Numbered from the stretch's first letter, positions 1 through 9,713 are shown. The stretch is DNA of 64,000 nt from Promethearchaeota archaeon (GCA_016839585.1 JAEOTZ010000050.1:32001-96000), one strand, 5' to 3'. Numbers and translations are program-made. Notes: generated from the sequence alone by a model not told the origin.

Positions 1-25
1 CTGTTTTGTTCTCGTCAGTTTCCAT
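1..25 (-). CDS. 5' end of a gene running off the left edge (METDENKT...)
   Basis: ATG at 25-23 on the minus strand, open to the window edge, preceded by an AT-rich intergenic region. Confidence 0.35.
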
Positions 26-141
26 TAAAAATTATCTTTGACTTTTGTGTTTAATTTGTATTAGATCTACTATCCTTTATTATTTTTTAATCTATTTACA
101 AAATCCTATAATGATTATAGGATTATTTTGTATACTCCTTT

Positions 142-221
142 GGAATAATATAGAAAATCTTTTTTGGAGGTTTTAATACTTTTTTTACTTTATCAACCTC
201 AAAAGTTCACATTGGAACTGA
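142..221 (-). repeat. Degenerate copy of the 3' end of the nitroreductase gene (matches 1835-1920)
   Basis: ggaataatataga...ttttttgga.gttttaatacttt...atca.cctcaaaag...attgg.actga aligns with 1835-1920 apart from a short deletion and scattered substitutions. Confidence 0.8.
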
Positions 222-272
222 GAAAGCAGTTAACTAAATTTTGAAAGATGAAAATAAATTGATTAAAAGAAA

Positions 273-1613
273 TTATTTATAATTTCTTTTCTTTAGTGAA
301 ATTACTGTTATAATACCAATTACAAAGAAAAGCACTAATAAGTAATACCCAGATATTATTTGGTCTTTTTCTGTTTTTTCTACATTATATTTCACCAGAA
401 CCATATCATAAAGTCCTGCACCGAAACTATATGTGTATCCTGCAATATAAACATTGTCAGACCAATCCAATATCACTTCTTCGCTAACATCATTATTACT
501 TCCACCCCACATGTGCAACGATTTCAGCTCGCCGGAACTGCTATATTTCGCCAGAATTATCTCATCTAATCCCACCCCAGGATTGTCTATGTATCCCGTA
601 ACATAAATATTATCTGAAGAATCCACTGCCACTCCCCTCGCATATACATCATCAGTCACTCCCAAAGAACGATTCCATAACTGTATACCAGAATTGTCAT
701 ATTTCGCTATAACTATATTATAACTTCCCCCACCAAAACTTAAAGTGGTTCCTATTAGATAGACATTGTCAGAAGAATCCACTGCAACTCTCCCATCGTA
801 GTCTCGACTACCCCCACCCCATGTGCGATTCCATTGCTGCACACCAGAACTGTCATATTTCACTAGAACTATATCATCATTTCCTGCTCCAAAACTCCAA
901 GTATATCCCGCAAGATAAATATTGTCTGATGAATCAATACCTAATCCCTGGCTAAAATCAAGACTACTCCCACCCCATGTGTGATTCCATTGCTGCACAC
1001 CAGAATTATCATATTTCACTAGAATTATATCAGAACCTCCCTCCCCGAAGCTCTCTGTTCTCCCTGCAATATAAACATTGTCTAAAGAATCCAGGGTCAC
1101 TCCCCAGGCACTATCATCATTAATCCCGCCCCATGTCTTATTCCATTGCTGTATACCGGAACTGTCATATTTTACTAGAACCAAATCAAAACCTCCTGCC
1201 CCGAAATTGTCCGTATACCCTGCAAGAAAAATATTACCTGACGAATCTACTATTACTCCTCTGCCAGAATCAAGATTACTCCCACCCCATGTGCGATTCC
1301 ATTGCTGTATACCAGAACGGTCATATTTTACTAAAACCATATCTCTATCACCTGCTCCATAACTCCAAGTATCTCCCGTAAGATAAATATCGCCTGATAA
1401 ATCCACTGCTACCCCCCTGCCATAATCATTATCACTTCCACCCCATGTGCGATTCCAATCATTTACATTTGAATTGCTAGCAGAAATAAGGGGCAAAATA
1501 TTTTTAATTTCTTTATCATTACAATTATTAAGAGAAGTGGTATTTCCTTGAAATATACAACTAAAATGCAGGATTAAAATAAATATTATTAAATAGGTTT
1601 TTTTAATTTTCAT
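273..1613 (+). other. Internal ~165-bp repeat units of the beta-propeller gene (coding repeats)
   Basis: Recurrent ccccatgtgcgattccattgctg units encode WNRTWGG blades. Confidence 0.6.
273..1613 (-). CDS. Secreted SBBP-type beta-propeller repeat surface protein with C-terminal Loki-CTERM-like anchor
   Basis: N-terminal signal peptide; about 7 repeats WNRTWGG...D.G.GVAVDSSDNIYLAG; C-terminal ISGY + TM helix + KKRNYK. Confidence 0.85.
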   Translation of the reverse strand: MKIKKTYLIIFILILHFSCIFQGNTTSLNNCNDKEIKNILPLISASNSNVNDWNRTWGGSDNDYGRGVAVDLSGDIYLTGDTWSYGAGDRDMVLVKYDRSGIQQWNRTWGGSNLDSGRGVIVDSSGNIFLAGYTDNFGAGGFDLVLVKYDSSGIQQWNKTWGGINDDSAWGVTLDSLDNVYIAGRTESFGEGGSDIILVKYDNSGVQQWNHTWGGSSLDFSQGLGIDSSDNIYLAGYTWSFGAGNDDIVLVKYDSSGVQQWNRTWGGGSRDYDGRVAVDSSDNVYLIGTTLSFGGGSYNIVIAKYDNSGIQLWNRSLGVTDDVYARGVAVDSSDNIYVTGYIDNPGVGLDEIILAKYSSSGELKSLHMWGGSNNDVSEEVILDWSDNVYIAGYTYSFGAGLYDMVLVKYNVEKTEKDQIISGYYLLVLFFVIGIITVISLKKRNYK

Positions 1614-1818
1614 TTTAATTATTTCTTTAGATCTTCATTTTATTAATATATATCTAGACAAATTTTTTATAAAAATTTTATGTACCAAGAATACGAAAAA
1701 GTTGAATAAAGACTAGTTATAAATCATAATTATTAAATAACTGTAATTTTTAATTAAAAAAATAATACAAATTACTCAAATAAATTATCAAAAAAATTTC
1801 ACAATTTCTATGAAATAA

Positions 1819-2391
1819 TTAAGGATAACCTATGGGAATAATATAGAGAGGTTCAATCTTTTTTGGAAGTTTTAATACTTTCTTTACATTATCATCCTCA
1901 AAAGCTCCTATTGGCACTGAAGCTAAATCTAAAGCAACAGCTTCTAGATGTATATTTTGAGCGCAATGTCCAACTTCCATAAATACATATCGTATTCCTC
2001 TTTGACGATAATTCCAAGTTGTTCTTGAATATTCAGCACAAATAATAATATTCATATATGATTCAGCAATAGACTCTTGATCCCAAGACGCAGCTGCTAA
2101 TTTACCTTCTAATTTCTCCTCAGTAACTAATTCTAAAGAATGTCTATCAATATCATAGTGAAAAAAGCCTTTATCCTTTATTGTGACATAAATCTCTAAA
2201 GGATATGTTGCGCCAGCAGAGGGTACAGTTCTTTTATATCCCTTTTTTCCTTGTGTTGCCCATAGAATCTGTGAAATCTTCTCAATTTCAATACTTTTCT
2301 TTTTATAATGTCTTACACTCTCACGTTCATAAATACATTCTTCAAGACTTTTAATCCCCTTTAGTTTTGGCTTTGGAAGTTGGATTGCTAT
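1819..2391 (-). CDS. SagB/ThcOx-type nitroreductase family protein (about 190 aa; apparent ATA start)
   Basis: The frame is open 112 codons upstream of the track start: IQLPKP...SLEECIYERESVRHY...RTVPSAGATYPLE...MEVGHCAQNIHLEAVALDLASVPIGAF. Confidence 0.9.
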   Translation of the reverse strand: MAIQLPKPKLKGIKSLEECIYERESVRHYKKKSIEIEKISQILWATQGKKGYKRTVPSAGATYPLEIYVTIKDKGFFHYDIDRHSLELVTEEKLEGKLAAASWDQESIAESYMNIIICAEYSRTTWNYRQRGIRYVFMEVGHCAQNIHLEAVALDLASVPIGAFEDDNVKKVLKLPKKIEPLYIIPIGYP

Positions 2392-2500
2392 TTTTTAACA
2401 CCTTTAATTTAAGATTTTATAATCTAATAAAGAATATTCAATTAATATTTATTTCCTTGATAATAACAAGTTTTATTTTTATCAAATGAAATAAGTTCTT

Positions 2501-2854
2501 ATGGCATCAGAACCTATTTTGGAAGGCATGTTCCAAGAATGGAATGATTTAAATAAACAAGCCCAAGAATCTCTTGGACAATTTGATTTCTCTAAAATTA
2601 AGGAAATAAGAAAAAAACAGAAAAAACTTGAAGATTCTATATTTAATGTACTTAAAGATAATGCGCCAGATAATATTAAAAAGATATTACCTGAAGTTGG
2701 TGAGATGGAAGTTGGTTTTGAAAGTGAAGGTAATATTTTTTATTTTGTAATGTATGATCCTGAAGATGAGGATGATGAAAATCCAAAACTTATTGCAATC
2801 ACTCTTGATGCTAATAAAAAGGTTGATATGATTAAAGATTTTGAAATTGAATAA
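2501..2854 (+). CDS. Hypothetical acidic protein
   Basis: 117-aa ORF with natural composition filling the gap between genes. Confidence 0.7.
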   Translation: MASEPILEGMFQEWNDLNKQAQESLGQFDFSKIKEIRKKQKKLEDSIFNVLKDNAPDNIKKILPEVGEMEVGFESEGNIFYFVMYDPEDEDDENPKLIAITLDANKKVDMIKDFEIE

Positions 2855-2891
2855 CTAAAAGAAAAAAGAAAATAAATTAGAAATAAGTTAC

Positions 2892-4421
2892 TTAAAACTT
2901 ATCCGAATCATCATACCATTCTGGAAACCACTGATAATACTCTTTTGGGAATGCTTTCTTTAATCCCAAGTATGTTGCTTTAACTAATACCATCTTACCA
3001 GAACGGTCTCTATGGGAAACAACGAGCTTTTGTTTTTCAAGTGATTCTAAAATCTTTCCAATAGTAGACCTACTACCCCCGATATCTTCCTTTATATCAT
3101 CAATAGTCATATATATTCCTGGATTAACTTTATAATCGTGAGCAATAACTTTTAAAATATTTTCCTCGTTTACATCTAATCCTTTAAATTTCGACTCTCT
3201 TTTTGAGATAATGGGTGCATTAACCTCATCATTCCATCTTAATCTGATATGTTTATTATACATGGGTAACATTGAACTAAACCGATATATTATCATTTTT
3301 TGAACTTCTGTTGTACCTGCTGCTATTTCTCCTATTTTTGATTCTCTTAGTATTCTCTCTACAGGAAGGAATCTAGTGAGGCCATCCCCTCCAAGGACCT
3401 GAATCGCTTTAATCCCAACTTCTCGCACGAATTCTGTATTTACCATTTTTGCAATGGAAGCTTCAATCATAGGCTCTTTACCATCATCTAATAATTTGGC
3501 ACAATGATAAGAAAACAATCTGGCTAATTTTGCTTTAGTAATAATATCTGCAATTTCATTCTGAATTCCAGGGAATTGAATCGTAGCTCGATTAAATTGT
3601 ACTCGTCGTTTTGTATAGTAAAAGAGTAAAGAAACGATGTCTTCGAATAGCCCTCCAAACACAGTGGCACCAATCAACCTTTCAAAATTCAGTCCTGCCA
3701 TCATCACATTCCAACCTTTCCCTACGGTACCAATCCGGTTTTCATCTGGTATTCTTACATTTTCAAAGTCAATATATCCATTTGGTACGTTATCAAATCC
3801 AATTAATGGATTAATTTTTTCAAGCGTAAAACCAGGTCTCCCTTTTTCTACCATAAAAGAGGTCAAATGACCATATTGTTTACGAATAGAGGGATCTTCA
3901 TTAGTTTTGGCATATATAAAATATCTGTCTGAAACACCGGCACCTGTAATAAATCTTTTTTTACCATTTATTACCCACTCATCTCCATCTTTTTCTGCAG
4001 TCGTAAAAATATTTGCGGCATCAGATCCGGCAAAAGGTTCAGTGATACAGAGTGCACCTAATTCATTCCCTTTTGCGATTTTATGAAGCCATTTTTCTTT
4101 TTGCTTTTCAGTCCCAAATCTTAGAATTTGCTCTGTACCTGCCAGCATACTCACAGTAAAGACGTGCCCTACTGCATAAAGACGTCCTAATTGCTCAGCA
4201 ACTATACATGAGCCGGTAGCACCTAATCCCATTCCTCCATACTCTCTTGGAACACCTACTCCAAAATATCCCTCATCAGCAACTTTTCTCACCAATGGCC
4301 AAGGAAACTTAGAATTCCAAAAATATTCTTCAGCTTCTTCAAAATTATCTTCTACAAATTGAGACACCTTTTTAGCAACTTCCTTTTGCTCATCTGTCCA
4401 CCAAAAAAACGGTTCAATCAT
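2892..4421 (-). CDS. Acyl-CoA dehydrogenase with C-terminal winged-helix extension
   Basis: LCITEPFAGSD, INGKKRFIT, NFERL, QVLGGDG and GTTEVQK motifs, followed by about 110 extra residues with a wHTH-like pattern. Confidence 0.92.
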   Translation of the reverse strand: MIEPFFWWTDEQKEVAKKVSQFVEDNFEEAEEYFWNSKFPWPLVRKVADEGYFGVGVPREYGGMGLGATGSCIVAEQLGRLYAVGHVFTVSMLAGTEQILRFGTEKQKEKWLHKIAKGNELGALCITEPFAGSDAANIFTTAEKDGDEWVINGKKRFITGAGVSDRYFIYAKTNEDPSIRKQYGHLTSFMVEKGRPGFTLEKINPLIGFDNVPNGYIDFENVRIPDENRIGTVGKGWNVMMAGLNFERLIGATVFGGLFEDIVSLLFYYTKRRVQFNRATIQFPGIQNEIADIITKAKLARLFSYHCAKLLDDGKEPMIEASIAKMVNTEFVREVGIKAIQVLGGDGLTRFLPVERILRESKIGEIAAGTTEVQKMIIYRFSSMLPMYNKHIRLRWNDEVNAPIISKRESKFKGLDVNEENILKVIAHDYKVNPGIYMTIDDIKEDIGGSRSTIGKILESLEKQKLVVSHRDRSGKMVLVKATYLGLKKAFPKEYYQWFPEWYDDSDKF

Positions 4422-4735
4422 CCTTATTTATCCTCATCAATTTTACAATATTAAAATGTTCTTTAATTTTATAAGAAATAATAGTAAATTGTATTTCAAT
4501 TTTCTTTAATAATGCAGTTTTTAATCAGTTTTTTAAAATTATTTCGATAAGATAATATAAAATCCAATTGTCCTTAAAATAGAATCTTTGACAAAAAGAT
4601 TTAACTACTGTTATTTCTTTATTTTTAATATTTATACCCGATTACACTAAAAAATGAAGTGAATCTAAGATCTCTATTCCCGCATCTTTACGAGAAGGAC
4701 CAAGAACAACAAATGTTTTAGCTAAAAAAAGATAT

Positions 4736-6283
4736 ATGATTTTATATTTTATAATTATAACTTTAAGTGCTCAACCATCAATTTTATGGATTTGGTACTT
4801 CTGGCAGCATTTTCCTAAACTGGAGCTAATGTTTTATTTGCTTTTTCCTTTAGTTTTTTTTATAGGTATTATTCTTTTAATTTTGAGTTCTATTATAGTT
4901 GCAAAAGTCGCGGTATTTTTGGTAAATTTAATACATAAACCTAAAGAAGGTGTTTTTTTTAGAAACAAAAAGGATAAAGATTATTGTTATTGGAGTTTAA
5001 GATCTGTTATAAAAAAATGGCCTGTATGGCTAGCTCGTCAATTATCTTTACCTTTACTCGAATCTATAGCTTTTAAAATTTTAGGAGTAAAAACATCTTT
5101 TTCTAATTCCTTAAATGAAGGGTGGGTTGATTGTGAATTTGTTGAATTTGGTAAAAATGTAAAAATTGGTCAAGGTAGCCTTATAATGTCTAATATAATT
5201 GTTCAAGATAAATTAATCATAAAAAAGGTGATAATTAAAGATAATGTAATTATTGGTGCTCATGCTGTCGTTTTACCCGGAACTGTAATTGAACCAAATA
5301 CTATTCTTGATGTAATATCTATGACAACCATTAATCAATATCTTGAAAGTGATTCAGTATATCGGGGCGTACCTGCTAAAAAACTAGAGGAAAATAATTT
5401 AAGCAAAAATGTAGAAGCACTTAAAACCTTAATTTTTGAGGAAGCTATTGAAAAAGAGTTTAATGAAGAAGATTTAAGAGCATATGTAAAAGAATTATCA
5501 GTACCATTTCATTTTTACATTATTACCGGGTGGGTTATTATAGGATGTTCATTTATAATACCTGGATTTCTATTTATCCTATTTCTTTTTGGGGTGTTAA
5601 TTCCACATACCTTATCAACAACATTATCGTTAGAATCACTCTTGAGTATAGATGTAATTGTACTTTCATTATTAACTCCTTTAATTTTTATCGGAATATA
5701 TTTATTGCATTTATTTTTTGTTGCTCTATTTACAAAATGGTTCTATAAATTAGCAGATAAAAGAGGACCAGAGCAAGGCGTATATGATCGAAACTTAGAT
5801 GAATCTTCTACAGTCTTAGATTATTATCATTTTAGATCCTTTCTATTCAAATACCCAGTTTTCGCATTTATACGTTCTCCATTTCCGTGGTTAATAAATT
5901 GGGAATTAAAATTCATAAGATCTAATCAAGTTGGAAAAAATACAATTTTTGAGGAAGTTTTTTTCCATAGTCATATTGATTTTGGGAAAAATTGCTATAT
6001 TGGGACATTTGCTCATATTACTAATCATTTAGTTGATGGTGTATATGGGGAAGAAAATTTAACTTTTTTTGGAGCAGATGTTGGCAATAATTGTATTTTT
6101 AGTGCTTCAAATGGATCGCTGCCAGGATTGGAAATGGGAGATAATTCAACTATATTACCTATGTGTGCGACAATTAAATATGATAAGCTAGGAAAGAATG
6201 GAATATATGGTGGATTCCCTGCAAAAAAACTTGATATGAACGAAATTAAAGAAATTTTTGGAGGAGAATATGATGGAGAGTGA
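4736..6283 (+). CDS. Membrane protein with two TM + left-handed beta-helix (hexapeptide acyltransferase) modules
   Basis: Hexapeptide repeats (VIIKDNVIIGAHAVVLPGTVI; FGKNCYIG) and GxPAK motifs, each preceded by TM helices; true start is probably near 4654-4676. Confidence 0.8.
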   Translation: MILYFIIITLSAQPSILWIWYFWQHFPKLELMFYLLFPLVFFIGIILLILSSIIVAKVAVFLVNLIHKPKEGVFFRNKKDKDYCYWSLRSVIKKWPVWLARQLSLPLLESIAFKILGVKTSFSNSLNEGWVDCEFVEFGKNVKIGQGSLIMSNIIVQDKLIIKKVIIKDNVIIGAHAVVLPGTVIEPNTILDVISMTTINQYLESDSVYRGVPAKKLEENNLSKNVEALKTLIFEEAIEKEFNEEDLRAYVKELSVPFHFYIITGWVIIGCSFIIPGFLFILFLFGVLIPHTLSTTLSLESLLSIDVIVLSLLTPLIFIGIYLLHLFFVALFTKWFYKLADKRGPEQGVYDRNLDESSTVLDYYHFRSFLFKYPVFAFIRSPFPWLINWELKFIRSNQVGKNTIFEEVFFHSHIDFGKNCYIGTFAHITNHLVDGVYGEENLTFFGADVGNNCIFSASNGSLPGLEMGDNSTILPMCATIKYDKLGKNGIYGGFPAKKLDMNEIKEIFGGEYDGE

Positions 6284-7172
6284 AAAATCTATTTCAAGAA
6301 TCGAAGATATTAAATCGATCGATATAAAAAAAATACCTATAACAACTAATGTTTTTACTTGGAATTATGTGGGAGTAATTCTCTTCCTATTATTACATAT
6401 TTTATCCTTTATGATGCCTTCTGTGATGATTTTAACTTTTTATAGTTTTGCGATGGATTCGAATTTCTTTCACTGGCGTATTTTAGTTATAGGTGTTGAT
6501 ATTTTAGTATGGTGGGGATCTTATCTTCTTATTAGTTTGCTTTTTGGAAAGTTTATTTTAATAATTTTAAAACTACTTCATAGACCCAGAGAAGGTCTTT
6601 TTAAAGTAAATACTCATGATAGAGATTACTACTTTTTTTGTTTAAGAGTAACTGTGAAAAAATACATCTTTTGGATATGGAATAATTTTTGTTTTCCCTG
6701 GGTAAACAATTTTGCATTCAAAATGTGTGATATGAGAGCAGATTTTAAAAGTACTATGTTTGATGGTTGGAGTGACGTTGAATTTATTGATTTTGGAAAC
6801 AATATAATGATTGGACAAGCTGCCCAAGTTTTTTCAAGTATTATTATTAGAATTGATAATATAGACTATCTTTTAATTAAAAAAGTAATTATAGGAGATC
6901 ATGTTGTACTTGGAGCAAATTGTATCGTTACTCCCGGTACTATTGTTTGTAAAGGAACAACCTTAGGTGTGTGGACAGTTACTCATATTAATCAAATTTT
7001 GGACCCATATTGGATTTATATTGGAAATCCAGCCAGAAAATACCAACCTGTTCAAAAAGCAATTGAAGATAGTAAGAAACAAGCAGTAAGAAGAGTTGTA
7101 GATACAGGTGAAAGAACCCAATTTGATGTCCACCAATTCATACGAAAAAAAAAAGTCAACAAAAGTAACTAA
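6270..7172 (+). CDS. Membrane protein with one TM + left-handed beta-helix acyltransferase module
   Basis: Paralog of the upstream gene (HRPREG, DGWSDVEFIDFG, KVIIGDHVVLGANCIVTPGT, GNPAR); GGAGG RBS before ATG 6270; overlaps the upstream stop. Confidence 0.8.
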   Translation: MMESEKSISRIEDIKSIDIKKIPITTNVFTWNYVGVILFLLLHILSFMMPSVMILTFYSFAMDSNFFHWRILVIGVDILVWWGSYLLISLLFGKFILIILKLLHRPREGLFKVNTHDRDYYFFCLRVTVKKYIFWIWNNFCFPWVNNFAFKMCDMRADFKSTMFDGWSDVEFIDFGNNIMIGQAAQVFSSIIIRIDNIDYLLIKKVIIGDHVVLGANCIVTPGTIVCKGTTLGVWTVTHINQILDPYWIYIGNPARKYQPVQKAIEDSKKQAVRRVVDTGERTQFDVHQFIRKKKVNKSN

Positions 7173-7234
7173 GATTTAAATGGTAAGAAATGGAACGTTC
7201 AAGAAAAAATGATTAAAAACAGAGATAATAAATA

Positions 7235-7924
7235 TTAATAAAAATCTTCTTTATTTTCTTTTTTTTTAAGTGCTTTCTTTTCTAACATTTTTGAATATAC
7301 CTCCCATTTATCTATTTCACCTGGTTTTTTCTCAGAAATAATAAAAGTACAGCATTCTGCTCCTGTAGGAATTGTTTTTGTGAATTCTATTTGATATTCT
7401 TTATCTAATATATTAGAATCTCTAAATGCGTTTATAATTCCTTGTACTAAGTATCTTTGAACTCTACAATCAAAAGCTGAATACACATCTTGTAGTGGAC
7501 ACCATAAGATATCAAATGAACATTGTTTATCGTTATCTATTCGTGGATCTTCTATAGAGGTCCATGCTTGTGTGTTTATAATTGTTGCTAAAAAACTCAT
7601 CAATTCTATAGGGCTTATTTCTAATGGAATAGTAATATCCTTTATTATTTGTTCTCCTACCATATATCCAGTTTTTATTAGTGCTTCATTTACAGCTTTT
7701 TGACCTTCTATTCCAAATCTAGCTTCATTCTCTTTTAAAATATTAATTACTCCCATGGACATAAACAGCCCAAATTGGAGTAAGGATGTTGGATCAAAAT
7801 CTTTTCGGTTTAAAGCTTTTTCTTTAAATTGATCTAACGCTTCTTTAAAAGGTTCGCCTAATTTAGACCTATTCCAATTTGTTTCTGTACGTTTTCCTCC
7901 TTTTAATATACCTTTTTTTATCAC
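7235..7924 (-). CDS. ATC-hydrolase/V4R-like small-molecule-binding protein
   Basis: WCPL...FDC...TKTIPTGAECCTF cysteine pattern typical of the V4R/ATC-hydrolase fold. Confidence 0.55.
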   Translation of the reverse strand: MIKKGILKGGKRTETNWNRSKLGEPFKEALDQFKEKALNRKDFDPTSLLQFGLFMSMGVINILKENEARFGIEGQKAVNEALIKTGYMVGEQIIKDITIPLEISPIELMSFLATIINTQAWTSIEDPRIDNDKQCSFDILWCPLQDVYSAFDCRVQRYLVQGIINAFRDSNILDKEYQIEFTKTIPTGAECCTFIISEKKPGEIDKWEVYSKMLEKKALKKKENKEDFY

Positions 7925-8054
7925 TATTTATCTCTCATAAGTATAAATTTTATCTTTTAATATTCTAAATAATTAACTAACAAAGAAATAATTTAATATT
8001 TAAGTTAAAAATATTTAAAATTTAAAAATAAGTTGAGTAATGAGGTGAATTGAT

Positions 8055-8801
8055 ATCTACATAGTAGTGCTGCTACGACATGGAGAAAGCACTTGGAATA
8101 AAGAAAATAGATTTACTGGATGGACCGATGTGGATCTTTCAGAAAAAGGAATTGAAGAAGCGGAAGAAGCTGCTAGATTATTAAAAGAAGGAGGTTATAC
8201 GTTTGATATAGCCTATACATCTGTACTGAAAAGAGGTATAAGAACTCTATGGATAGTTTTAGATCATATGGATTTAATGTGGATACCTGTCTATCGTTCA
8301 TGGCGATTAAATGAAAGACATTATGGAGCATTACAGGGTTTTTATAAGGCTAAAATGGCAGCAGAAGTAGGTGAAGAGCAAGTACTTATTTGGAGAAGGA
8401 GTTATGATACCCCTCCACCCGCTCTTAAAACGACAGATCCCAGATATCCAGGAAATGATCCGATATATAAAAATTTAGATCCAAAGGATATACCACAAAC
8501 AGAATGCTTAAAAGATACAGTTGAGAGATTCTTGCCTTACTGGCATGATGTAATAGCACCAACTATTAAATCTGGAAAAAGAGTGCTGATATCTGCCCAT
8601 GGAAATAGTTTGCGTGCATTAGTAAAATATTTAGATAATGTATCAGAAGAGGAAATAGTGGGTTTAAATATTCCTACAGGGATTCCCCTTATTTATGAAC
8701 TTGATGATGATTTAAAGCCAATAAAACATTACTACCTTGGAGAAGCTGAGAAAGTGAAAGAAGCAATAGAAGCTGTAGCAGCTGAAGGAAAAGCAAAGTA
8801 A
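8055..8801 (+). CDS. gpmA: 2,3-bisphosphoglycerate-dependent phosphoglycerate mutase
   Basis: [39 protein letters not shown] and NIPTGIP motifs; start is ATC 8055 or GTG 8067. Confidence 0.97.
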   Translation: MYIVVLLRHGESTWNKENRFTGWTDVDLSEKGIEEAEEAARLLKEGGYTFDIAYTSVLKRGIRTLWIVLDHMDLMWIPVYRSWRLNERHYGALQGFYKAKMAAEVGEEQVLIWRRSYDTPPPALKTTDPRYPGNDPIYKNLDPKDIPQTECLKDTVERFLPYWHDVIAPTIKSGKRVLISAHGNSLRALVKYLDNVSEEEIVGLNIPTGIPLIYELDDDLKPIKHYYLGEAEKVKEAIEAVAAEGKAK

Positions 8802-8840
8802 ATTAATAGAAGATGATTTGAAATAAATTCAAAAGTAGGT

Positions 8841-9376
8841 TTGAATTCTAAAATCCATAGATATTTGGTTCTTATTCTATTTTTATTGTTACTTTTCTTA
8901 TCTTTTAATTACATCTCAATTGTTAATGTTAAAGCACAAAGTTATACAGATATTGATGTATCCACAGCACGGACATGATAAATAATAATGCCCAATTTCC
9001 TGATCTAATTGTTTTGGATGTAAGAGATCAATGGGAATATGATGAGGGTCATTTATGTGGTGCAATTTTGATACCGCTTGGTGAACTTGCAACAAGAATT
9101 AGCGAGCTTGAACCTTATAAGGATACAGAGATTATTGTATATTGCAGAATTGGTGGTAGACGTCAAGTTGGAAGCCAGACGCTTGTAGATCACAATTTTA
9201 CGAAAGTATACAATATGCTTGGAGGTATTACAGCATGGGAAGCTGCTGGTTATGAAACATGCTTAGATGAAAATGGACAAGTTATTAATTTTTCATTTGG
9301 AATATTCTTTTTAATATTGCTTAGTACAGTTTCAGTTCTTTTAGTATTATATAAGAAAAAATTAAATAGAAAATAA
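8841..9376 (+). pseudogene. Secreted, membrane-anchored rhodanese-domain protein with a frameshift near 8970
   Basis: TTG 8841 begins a signal peptide ...VKAQSYTDIDVSTA that ends at TGA 8976; the rhodanese (LDVR, GHLCGA, YCRIGGR, MLGGITAW) plus C-terminal TM continues in another frame from 8975. Confidence 0.75.
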
Positions 9377-9407
9377 AAAAAAAGATTTAAAATATTGATT
9401 AATTTTA

Positions 9408-9713
9408 CTACCAAGTCATTCCCATTAATTTAAAGCTATCTGATACACCTGTTAGTGGTTCAAATAGCAAATTAAAACCTTCAATACTGGTAAATGGCAT
9501 AAAATATTTATATATCTCCAATCCTGCCTCTTCAAGTTTCCCTCTTTCAGTGTAAATTATATGGTATTGCTTAAACCCATCTGTTCCTGCTGGTGTATTG
9601 AAAGCTCGCCATTTTGTTACAAAAGGTATCTCTCTGGGCCGTTTTAGATATATTTTTGCTATATCAGCATTTTTATGCATTGGATACCATACAGTTACCA
9701 TTATAATTCCCAT
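9408..9713 (-). CDS. Hypothetical protein (small alpha/beta family common in Lokiarchaeia)
   Basis: 101-aa ORF with MVTVWYP motif and GAGG RBS. Confidence 0.7.
   Translation of the reverse strand: MGIIMVTVWYPMHKNADIAKIYLKRPREIPFVTKWRAFNTPAGTDGFKQYHIIYTERGKLEEAGLEIYKYFMPFTSIEGFNLLFEPLTGVSDSFKLMGMTW

Noticed and set aside
360-1381. Short plus-strand ORFs, and many other 60-110 aa track ORFs nested in or antisense to long genes (e.g. 3611, 3637, 5530, 22579, 28101, 50266, 60731, 63110, 63806)
   Set aside because: Shadow frames of well-supported genes, with no motifs or RBS
430-1460. Regularly spaced DNA repeats that could be mistaken for a CRISPR array
   Set aside because: They are degenerate, in-frame beta-propeller blades with a ~165-bp period; no cas genes are present
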